64,000 bases of DNA from Owenia fusiformis. Taxonomy: Eukaryota. Shown here piece after piece: positions 37,001-49,000 of the stretch. The position numbers and the translations under genes were made by a program. The notes below the pieces were generated by a model that saw nothing but the letters and a program-made list of their open reading frames with translations, did no database searches and had not been told where the DNA came from. The stretch covers positions 43,772,001-43,836,000 of the forward strand of contig CAIIXF020000001.1 in assembly GCA_903813345.2 (NCBI GenBank), written 5' to 3'. Each line of letters begins with the position of its first letter. Positions within the stretch are counted from its first letter, which is position 1.

Positions 37001-40000
37001 TTTTACATTTTTTACTATAACTTGAAAAGTAGTGGAGCGATTTTGTTCATATTTGATGTGTAAATATTTTCAGCATGGCACATTGCTTAATAATACGTTG
37101 GGGAGTAGTCAGCCATTTTGAAAAATGGCCACCATTTATAGGTGTGTTATATTTTACATTTTTTTTATTATAACTCAAAAAGTAATAGAGCGATTTTGTT
37201 CATATTTGATATATGAATACTCATGAGCCTTGCACACTGTCTCATGACACTTCGCGTAGTAGGTGGCCATTTTAAAAAATGGTTGTCATTTTTACATTTT
37301 TCACTATAACTCGAAAAGTATTGGAGCGAATTTGTTCATATTTGATATGTGAATACTTAAGCATGGCATATCGTCTAATAAAACTTTGGGGAGTAATGGC
37401 CACCATTTTTATGTGCGTTATTTTACATTTATTATAATTCAAAAAGTAATAGAGCGATTTTGTTTATAATTTCGATATGTGAATACTCGTAAGGATTGCA
37501 TACTGTCTTATGACATTTTGGGTAGTAGGCGGCCATTTTAAAAAATGGCCAGCATTTACATGTATGTGTGTGCGATTTTTAAAATTTTTTAGATGTGGCT
37601 ACTTAAAAGCATATTACTTCTTCTGATGACAACTTGGCTAGTGAGCAACCATTTTGAAAATGGTGGCCTTTCTTATGGGTGTTATTTTATGATATTTGCT
37701 ATATATTTTGTTTGTAAAAATGCCAGCCATTTCTGTTCGATGGGATTCGCTATGCTTTGGCGTTGCCATTATTCTGTTTTTTTGTGCTTGCTCTTGTCTG
37801 TTATTAACCTGTTCTGTAAGCAAAAGTTTAAAATTCTTTAAACTATTATACAGTTTTTTACATGCCCTCATTTAAGTTTGTCTTATATAATCACAAAAGG
37901 CATCAGATGTTATTTGACTATGGCAGGTTTATTTGTCTACTTAGAGTCTGTAGATCTAGGGGAGGATTTGTGTTTTCTTTTTAGGAGTATACTGTCTCCT
38001 GTTGAGTTAATATAGTGACTGTTGCGATAATATAGTGATACTCTGTTTTGGTTTATCGCGGAACTCACAGAGGTTTGATGCATAGGCCCCAGGAACATGT
38101 ATAAAAAAATCGAGTCGAGTTCTAAAAGAAATGACAAAACAGGAAGTTAATATTTTTTGATTTAAGGTGCCATGGTACTTAACTGTTCCTGTTTTCTCAT
38201 TTCCTGTTACCATGGCACCTTAAGATTAGTTCTAAAATCCTGTTTGTGGAGACTTGGCTACAGGAAGTTAAAAAAAATATATTAATAATTATTTTGATGT
38301 AAGATAACAGAGTTCTGTTTGTTGAGATTTGTCTACAGGTTTCCATCCAAACTGTTTGAGGAATTCATCCTAAATTTCTTCATAGGAAACTTTAGAGTTG
38401 AATAGTTTTTGCTCATTCTTGTGAAATGTTAAGGCAGCTTTATTAAGATCAAATGTATTGTCACTTGTCATATTATTTATGTGATTATTGAATGGTTGCT
38501 AGTACCAAAGAAGACATGAGTCAATATGTAAGTTTAATGTGTATTTATTACTGAATCAGTTTCCAAGATGGCGGGAACACATGCCATATAGAGCGACATC
38601 TATATAACAACCCCAACTAAAACACAGTCACAATCAAGTATGATGTACATTACATTTTGATTTACCAAGTCTTTCATATAGATGGCACTCATTGTCCCAT
38701 GCTGGCCCATGGGCATACCGCGGATCATTAAGGAGCGATTGAAAATTTATGAGTTCTGTCAGGACATCAGCTACAACCAATTTTGTTTTTGGCAAGACAA
38801 CAGTTGAATCATCTATATCGTCACATTGATTCTTTTTTAAACTAGCAACCTTCTCTTTGGTAGGAATACAGCCCATGTCTCCGGTATGTTTTGAATTATG
38901 CAATGTCTTATGTATGTCGAAAATCCCTGCAATCAGTTCACATTTGCTGAATACATGTGCAGTAGTTCTGGAAAAAAGATACAGAATACCATTACAGTTT
39001 AATATGATATACAGTAAAACCTGTCTTATTGAACACCTGTTTCTAGCTAACAGTCTATTATATACTCGACTTTATAAATTTATAAATTAATACCCTCTCT
39101 TTAGCAGGGTTCTCACTAGGCTTTTAGAATCCAGAGATTCTCTGGAGTCTAATGTTTTTAGATCCTCTTGCTCCAGTTTTGTCACATTATTTGTGGTAAA
39201 ACTCTTGAGAAAATACATAAAACTGGATAAAAAGAAGGAATAGGAGGTCAGAAACCTTTTAGAAATGTATATTTTTATTAAAATAGGATCTTCAGTAGTA
39301 TTTTGAAAAGTATACTAATAGGATATCTCTGATCTCACATGGGGGAGGAGTAGTCATGATACCACAAAAAATCAGGGGTTTAAAAATTTCCTGCTGAGAA
39401 CGCTGCTTTAGTTAACTCCTACCTACACTGAACATTTTTTTGCCAAGAATATAATAATATACACAGTATATTACTGTATGCTATTCTTATTTTTTTGTAT
39501 ATATTTTTATTCTTTTGTTCATTATGTAATTTTTCATTCATTTAAAATGTGTATCTATGCCTTAATATCTCAATATTTCTTGCACTAAATGTTTATTATA
39601 AAACCTTACCTCTGATGAATACGTGATCAAAGTATTTTGTTTGCAGAATTAAAATTTTATTTCTTCTAGCTCCTCTCACCTTTATGCAACAAATGATCTG
39701 TAACATCGCTACCTGATCCATTAACATCAGTTAATTTTTTTTTACAAATTATCACCTTCTTACACTAGTGACGTAGGTTATTTTCCAAACAAACCAAGTT
39801 TGATAGGGATATCATGAATGTGAAGCCCTCCATCTGTCAGTCCTTCCATCTGTCTGAAGCATAACTTAAATACTAGTTGATCAATTTTCTTCATATAAAA
39901 TATATCTTTGACATATGTTCCATGTTTTCCGCCACAATCCCCAGGGGCTGTGTGGGGAATACAGGAATTTTTTTAATTTTGAGATCTCTCTGAAGCATAG

Positions 40001-43000
40001 CTAAATTATGAAAGGTAATTTAGAGTAGATTGCAAATATTGTATCATTTTTTTTGATTTGTGCCTTGGAAAATTCAAAAAGGTTGCCTATAATGTGGGAT
40101 TTCGCAATAATTTCCAAATCTCTTCAAAGCAATATTAGACTCAAATTGAAGGAATTTTGAATTATTTTGAATTATGTCAATGTCTTATGTATGTCGAAAA
40201 TCCCTGCAATCAGTTCACATTTGCTGAATACATGTGCAGTAGTTCTGGAAAAAAGATAAAGAATACCATTATAGATACAGTTTAATATGATATACAGTAA
40301 GACCTGTCTTAGTGAACACCTGTTTCTAGCGAACTGTCTCAAGTAGACACCCTTCTTATATTCTCGACTTTATGAATTTATAAATTACCCTCTCTAGCAG
40401 GGTTCTCACTAGGTTCTCACCAGAGATTCTCCGAAGTCTAATGTCTTTAGATCCTCTTGCTTCAGTTTTATCACATTATTTGTGGTAAAACTCTAGAGAA
40501 AGTACATAAAACTGGATAAAAAGAAGGAATAGGAGGTTAGAAACCTTTTAGAAATGTATATTTTTATTAAAATAGAATCTTCAGTAGTATTTTGAAAAGT
40601 ATACTAATAGGATATCTCTGATCTCACATGGGGGAGGAGTAGTCTCGATACCACAAAAAATCAGGGGTTTAAAAATTTCCTGGTGAGAACGCTGCTTTAG
40701 TGAACTCCTACTACCTACACTGAACATTTTTTTGCCAAGAATATAATAATATACACAGTATATTACTATATGCTATTCTTATTTTTTTATATATTTTTAT
40801 CGCACTTTGAAAAAGTGCTATATTGTCGTCGTCTTGTGCTGTTGGGCGGGCGGGCGGGACATAAACCAAATCTTGTCATCAAATTTCCAGGATAACTGCT
40901 TACCTGTTCAACTTGAAATTTTTACAGATGCAAGAGCAGACTAGTACCAAGATCTGATTAGGTTAAGAGCATGCTGGGTAAACTACGTGGCGGCCATTTT
41001 GAATTTTTCAACTTGCTCCAAATTGACCAAATTTTTTTTTTAAAAACATCTACAAGTTCTCAGAAGTTCAAATCTGACCTTAGATTTCAGATTTGACCTT
41101 TCGTTCACCTTCAATGACCTTGAAAAGATCAAAAAAGTTGATTTTCTAAATTGATATTTTGGATTTAAATTTAGGTCAGCTTAATTACAAAACACCTACT
41201 GAGGTCTGAAAAAGTGAAATTTTCAAGGTCGAAGGTCAAGGTCATTAAACTAGGTCATAAATGATGTTATCCAAGTTTCTCAAAGTTTGAGACTACAAAT
41301 CAATTCTTGTCATCAAAATTCCAAGAAAACCGCTAACCTGTTCAACTTGAAATTTTTACACATGCAATAGCAGACTAGTGCCAAGATCTGATTAGGTTTA
41401 GGGCATGCTGGGTAAACTAGGTGGTGGCCATTTTGAATTTTTCAACAAATCTTGTCATCAAAATTCCAGGAAAACCACTTATCCGTTCAACTTGAAATTT
41501 TTACAGATGCAAGAGCAGACTATTGCCAAGATCTGATTAGGTTTTGGGTATGCTGGCTGAATTACATGGTTGCCATTTTGAATTTTTCAATTTGGCGGCC
41601 ATTTTTAATTTTCAACTTGCTCCAAATTGACCAAATTTTTTTTTAAAAACATCTACAAGTTCTCAGAAGTTCAAATCTGACCTTAGATTTCAGATTTGAC
41701 CTTTCGTTCACCTTCAGTGACCTTGAAAAGGTCAAAAAGTTGATTTTCTAAATTGATATTTTGGATTTAAATTTTCAAGGTCACAAACAATGTTATCTAA
41801 ATTTTCCAAAGTTCAAGACTACAAATAAATTCTTGTCATCAAAATTGCAGGAAAACCGCTAACCTTGTCAACTTGAAATGTTTACAGATGCAAGAGCAGA
41901 CTAGTGCCAAGGTCTGATTAGGTTTTGGCCATGCTGGGTAAATTGCATGGTGGCCAGTTTGCTCTTCAAAGTGCGATATTTATCACTGTGTGTCTTGTTA
42001 TTCTTTTGTTCATTATGTAATTTTTCATTCATTTAAAATGTGTATCTTTGCCTAATATTTCAATATTTCTTGCACTAAATGTTTATCATAAAACCTTATC
42101 TCTGATGGTGAAGTGAAGTGATCAAAATATTTTGTTTGCAGAATTAAAATTTTATTTCTTCTAGTTCCTCTCACCTTTATGCTACAAATGATCTGTGTAG
42201 CATCGCTACCTGATCCATTAACATAATTTTTTATTTTTTTTACAAATTATCACCTCACATTAGTGATGTAGGTTATTTTCTCAACGAACCAAGTTTGATA
42301 GGGATATCATGAATGTGAAGCCCTCCGTCTGTCAGTCCTTCCATCTGTCTGAAGCATAACTTAAATACAAGTTGATCAATTTTCTTCATATTTCGGGAAA
42401 GGATGTATATTGGTAAAAACTTTTACGCAAAAAAGCATTTTTTGGAGATGGCCATTCATCTCTTAATAGGCTACTTTCTAGAAATTTTCAATTTCGTCAT
42501 CTGAAGTGTAACGAATCGTTTTTTCAACTCTTCCTCTACCATATTGGTTTCATGAAAACAATGTGCATGTTTCAACTTGCTCGCTTATGTTCACGAATGA
42601 GAGTTTTTATCCTACAATTATTAATTGCCATGATTACAGTATCATTTCCTGATATTTAAATCAGTTATTTATAGCCCAATTTATAGCAAAAGGCAAAGAT
42701 AAGCACACATCTGCGTAAACTAATCGCTATAAATTTTTCAGTATCAGTCATATCCTGGATGGAAATCTGCCAGGCATTGGAATACTAAACAGTATCCAAA
42801 TGGTGACATCATTTTCACTCTGTATCCCACGCTAAGTTGAGAGTGCGTGTAAATACAGAATATATTTAAGTCGCATGGATCAATCAGGTTGCAGGGAATT
42901 TCACCATCATGGAATAATGATCCATCTTCAATACCTGGGTTTATTATCAGGGTAGAGTAGATGGTATAGATTATCTTGTGACTTACTGATACATAGATAT

Positions 43001-46000
43001 TTTGTTTGTTACGATTTTCTAGTGTTTTTTTTGTATATAGTAACTGAAGAATAGAGTAATTTTTTTATATTTTATAAGTGAATACTTAGAAGCATATTGC
43101 ACTGTCTAGTAATAGTAGGTCATATCCGATAATGGCATCCATGGCTGTTAGATGGGATTTGCTGTGCTTTGGCATTGCTGTTATATAGTTAGACAACAGT
43201 CACTGGGACTCTAAGACTACTTTTTGTACTGATAGAGCTACCCAGAATTAATATAGCGTTCATCAGATCAAACAACTCATATTCATATATATATAGTATA
43301 TAAATACACTCTAGAACTATGTATATATTTTCAGTTGGAGCCATATATGGATGAGATGTTTCTACAGCAGGCATTCCAAAGTATGGGAGAGTCAGTTCTC
43401 AATGTGAAACTTATCAGGGACAAAGTCACAAGGTAAAGTATGCATGTAGGTTTCAACTACATGAAATGTCAAATAAGGAATTGGAAAAAGTTGACCATTC
43501 ATAGAGTTGTTTCCCTACAAGGCATGCTTGAAATATTGATTCTCACTCTGAATGCAAAAGACCAGGTTTCTTATGGCAAGTGATTTTGGACAGTCATAAT
43601 ACAGTTCAGTGGTTTTTATTAATAGACTATAAAACAACATGTTTTCTTTCAAGTCCCCATGATAATAAAATTATTAATCCAACTCTCTGAAAATTATGGA
43701 TCAGGACCCCACCTTGGCACTTTAAGAAAAATGTTTGGCTTCTTTCTAAAGGGGATCTTGTTTTTCTTAATTTGAAGATATCAAAAGCTTCTACATAATA
43801 TTAATAACTTCTAAAAATGGGATGTGGATTGAAATCTCAAATCTCATGTTATTTTTCCATAGGTAAAATTCATGCTATCCTTTGTTTTCCCTAGGATGAA
43901 GAAAATTGATATCTTCAAAACTAGACTTTCAATCCATTCTACTTTTGCAGAAATTCTAGACCCCTTGTTCAATATTCTTGTACATGTAATGTGTTTTCAG
44001 AGTCCTTGCTGGTTACTGCTTTCTCGACTTTAGTAGTCCCGAAGAAGCTCAGAGTGCCATGCTCAAGCTCAATGGAAAAATTGTGCCTAATACAGTACCT
44101 GTGAGTATTATGTATGAGCCTTGTTTACTTAATTGACATTTTAATTGATTTTTTCAGCATGAATAAGTAGTGGTAGGTTGAGTTACATTTACAAAAACAT
44201 TATTCTAATCTCAGTTACAAAAAAGACTACAACATATCGTTCATTTGAGAAAACAGAATTACATCTTTGCTAAGGGCTGATGTGAAGAGCTTGGTTGCGA
44301 TTGAAACCACCACTTCATTATTGGTCTACTGTTGATACATTTTTATCCCACCAAACGAAGTTCGAGGGGGATATAGAAAAGCCGTTCGTCCGTCCGTTCG
44401 TCCGTCCGTTCTTCCGTCCGTCCGTTCGTCCGTCCGTTCGTGTGTCCGGGCAATAACTCAAATACCGGTTGACGGATTTCATTCAAATTTTATAGGCTTA
44501 TGCCTTATGGGTGTAGGACCTCTGCTCGAGAAGGAATTTTCAATATGGCTGCCAAATTCAAAATGGCAGCCATTTTTCCCAAAAAATATAATCTTTGATA
44601 ACTCAAATACTAGTGGATGGATTTGGTTCAAATTTTATATGCTGTTGCCTGAGTACAAAGGAGCCTTGCTCAAGAAGACATTTTCAAGATGGCCGCCATA
44701 TTTAAAAATGGCGGCCATTTTTTAGAAAAAACGTTATGTTTGATAACTCAAATACCATAGAATGGATTTGGTTCAAATTTTACATGCTGATGCCTAGGGA
44801 CATAGGAGCTCTGCTCGAGAAAGAATTTTCAAGATGGCAGCTAAATTTCAAAATGGCCGCCATTTTTCATAAAAGAACGTAACCTTTGATAACTCAAATA
44901 CCAGTTGATGGGTTTAGTTCAAATTTTATATGCTGATGCCTAGAGACAAAGAAGTTCTACTCAAGAAAATATTTTCAAGATGGCCACTGAATTTCAAAAT
45001 GGCCGCCATTTTTCGTAAAAAAAACGTTATCATTAATAACTCAAATACCAGTGGATGGATTTGGTTCCAATTTTATATGCTGATATTTAGGGAAAAAGGA
45101 GATCTGCTTCAGAAGAAATTTCAAAGGCATCAGCTGAATTTCAAAATGGCTGGCTTTTTTCATAGAAAAAGTTCGTCTTTGATAACTAAAATACCATTGG
45201 ACGGATTTACTTCAAATTTTATATTCTGATGCCTAGAGATAAAGGAATTCTGGTTGAGAAGAAAATTTCAAGGTGGCTGCTATTTATCGAAATCTCCGCC
45301 ATTTTTCATTAAACATGTAATCATTATCCTTGATAACCCAAGTACCAGTTGACGGATTTGGATTAAATTGAATATGCTGATGCCTTGGGACATAGGAGCT
45401 CTGCTAAGGAAGAAATTTAAAGATGTCAGCTGAATTTCAAAATGGCAACCATGATTCATAAAAACATAATTCTGATAATTCAAATACCGGTATTTATCAA
45501 AACATGTTTTGTTCGGTGGGATTTGCTACTCCGTGGAGTTGCTGTTTTTCTAGTTAATTCAGTTAAGTGATGTTTTTATTGGAATGATATATACCAGGTA
45601 CTCCTTGATTTTGCCATGATTGAATTGTGATGACGTGTTCTTTTTCCAGCCGAAAAGATTCAAGCTAAATAGCGCAAGTTATGGCAAAGAACATCTGCTA
45701 TCGTGAGTACTTATTCATTCACATATGTTAGCACAGGGATTGCTCTTAAATATTTTTCACTGCTTAGTACTTATATGTCGCAAAATTCTAACCAGATTAA
45801 TACAATACAACTGAAAGAAGAAAAAATGATTACACAAATAATTTTTCTCCATTCACTTTAAAGTGTTCTATATTTAACGAATAAAGACCCGAGATTTTAT
45901 GATTTATGGTGTAATATATGACTGAAAATTTTATTCTGTTCATTGTTAAAAGACTGAAATCACGTAGCGATTGAGGTCTTTGGCAATGGCCAGAATAAAA

Positions 46001-49000
46001 TTTGAGGTCATATATTTGACATAAATCATAAAATAGAGGTCTTTGTTACGATTCTAATTCTAACAGACAAGAAAACAACTATTTGCATTGATGAATTTTA
46101 GCGGTCATGCATACTCCAATATAGATCAGTAAATCAATTGTTCATGCTATTGTGACGTCACGTATCATATTAGAATATAAAATAAGTGCAATAATTTTGT
46201 TTTTTATATTTATTAGTGTATAGTATTTGTCACTGTTCTGATCTATACTTCATAAACATTCAAAATATATTATTATTTTCTTGCAGACCAGAATTTTCTC
46301 TTTTTGTTGGAGATCTCACAGAAGATGTAGATGATTTAAAACTTTATACAGCATTTTCCAAGAAATATAAATCCATCAAAGGTGCTAAAGGTAAACAGTC
46401 ATGTTTTGTATTTTCTTCTACAGCATACAAGTATAAAATAGCTTTATCACTTTTGCCAGTTTTAAATCAATTGATTAATACATTGGAATTGTTGATTACA
46501 TTTATATTCATTTTGGCTCCTGTATCTCTATATACTCTCTTCTCTGTTATTGCAGTTGTAATTGATTCTAGTGGTTGCAGCAAGGGGTTTGGATTTGTGC
46601 GTTTCTCTGAGCAAGCAGAACAAAGGAAAGCTTTGTCTCAGATGCAATACAGTTCTGACGTTGGGAAGAAACCTATACGAGTCAGTTTAGCCACTCCTAA
46701 AAGGTAATATAAAGGATGCTACTACTTATATGAGGGTTGTTCAATGAATACTGATACAAACACTCTCATTTTTATGCTCTTCGATTGCGATATTTATCAT
46801 TCTGTGTCTTTTTAAGTATAAAATAAAGTAGTCCAAATGTATCACTATGTATATTGCCATCTTTGCTGTTTTATGGTACAACAGTTTTAGTATTTCTTGA
46901 TCGACCCTTGTAGTTGTGTTTTTTTGCTTTATCTATTGCCCTGAGATTTCTCTAAACATTATTGTTGCTATTAAAAAAGTTGTTGATTTTCTTTCTCAGA
47001 GATATTTATTTTTGTTTTGATGTTTCGTAGGATGTCCATCCTACTTCTTCAGAAATAAAATTATATTTGAATCAAACTGAAATAATTAATTATAACATAA
47101 TAATGAGACAAATAGCAACCATTACTATAGAAAATTTCAATGATGTTACAATTAAAAAAATTATTGACTATACATTTGTATTATCTATAGTAACTATTAT
47201 CTATAGTAACGGTTGCTGTTTGTCTCATTATTATGTAATAATTAATTATTTCAGTTTGATTCAAATATCATTTTATTTCTGAAGAAGTAGGATGGACATC
47301 CTACGAAACATCAAAAGAAAAATAAATATCTCTGAGAAAGAAAATCAACAACTTTGTTAATAGTACATTACTACTAGGGGTCACACGGTTAACCGTGGCT
47401 TGCGGTTACCGCGGTTCATACCTCCACGACGGTTAGCTCGCACACAATCTTGAAAACCGCGGTTCTTGAAGAACCGTGACATTTTCAGTTTCACTTCAGA
47501 AAAATAAAAATGTAAACTCGGAATTAAACTCCATTTCAAGTTTTCGTGTAATACCAATTAACTAAACATCGTCTGGAATCGTTAATCATCATGCAATAAT
47601 GCGAACCATACCTGATATTTACGACGATCTTCTGATATAGACGGCAGATAACAAAAACAAAAGGAAAATGTTGATAAATTTCACCGGCATATTGACCCAA
47701 GGGAAAGATCAATACCCGGTGATTTCAGCGGGAAATGGCGTTTCGTTCATTGGATGAGCTGCGCGCGCACGCATAAATGTGATTATCCAATATAATTAGG
47801 GGAGGGCTATTTGAAGTAGTTTTTGGTCTCAGGCGCGACCCAGGGCTGTTGTCTTAAGGACATTTCGTTGAAAATGAGCCATTCGGCTGATAATTGGTAA
47901 GAGTTTGCGATCTTATAATGTATAACTGTTACTCAGACACATATTTTGACACGATTCTGTTGGAAATAAGCTTTGAACCGAGAGATATTCACGATTGATA
48001 TGCACATTTTTGATTGTGCCATTGCTTTTCTATTGCACAACCCATGTATTGATAGAAGAAACATTAATAATACAGATTGGTTTACCTTCAATACATGGCA
48101 GACACTACATATCGGTCTATTAATACCAGTTTGTGCCTTAAATAGTTTTATATTTCCATCCACGGCCTGGAGCCTGGGTGTGTTTGTCTCTTATGTGTAT
48201 GCTTGTGCATGGACTTCTAATCACTAGCAGAATTTAACATGATGCAAACTCGACATTATAACTCATGCTGTAACATTTTGACTTCGCTGGAAAACAATAG
48301 GAATTATTTTTCTTGCCAATCAATCATGAATCACAATCAAAATTTCAGAATGATCAATCAGGCAATGATCCAAATCAAGTTATAACATTATATGATATTC
48401 AGCAAGAAGTCCGGTAGAAATACAGAATATTTAAACATCAAAGCTGAAAGTTAAAAGCTAATCTGTCAATTTTCTGTCTGCAAAAGAGCGTCCCAAGAGC
48501 GTTTACATTTGACACAATAACAGACTGAGGCCTTGAAATCTAGGATTCCCCAGGAAAATATGACGTCATACTAATTAGCATAAGGATTTCCCTATTGGGG
48601 TGGGTCGAGCCTTGTTCGAAAACACAATCCATAAATACATGCTAATTTCTAAGGAGATAGGAAGTGTATAACGTGTTTATCGATTTTGTTTAAAGATTTA
48701 ATCAATTATCAAATTGTTTAAGTGGATAAAGTGGTCACACTTGCTTCAATTCATAGCGAAATCGACGGATAGAAACTGACCGAATTCCCGATATCCTACC
48801 CCGTATTACTGTAGGCTATAAGCACAGTGACCTACAGAGGGCGCTATCACAAACAAGTACTGGACGAACCGATAAATTCCCGGGTATTGTAACGCCCTTG
48901 ATTGACCCGGAAGTGACCTACGCTAAACATTTCGCGCAATCCTATTGGTTGATAGAACAGTATACTGTAAAAAGCCGAACGCCGAATGCATTGAATTTGC

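Larger units (their letters stand above)
33941..42455. repeat. Local tandem segmental duplication: copy A ~33941-36390, copy B ~37801-40160, partial copy C ~40165-42455
   Basis: Long, highly similar blocks are readable by eye (e.g. 34330-35950 vs 38296-39895 vs 40165-42390). Confidence 0.9.

Noticed and set aside
44450..45490. Regularly spaced repeats resembling a CRISPR array (also 36500-37560 and 300-1250)
   Set aside because: Whole units are homologous with no unique spacers, they are bounded by HINE termini, the context is eukaryotic and there are no cas genes.
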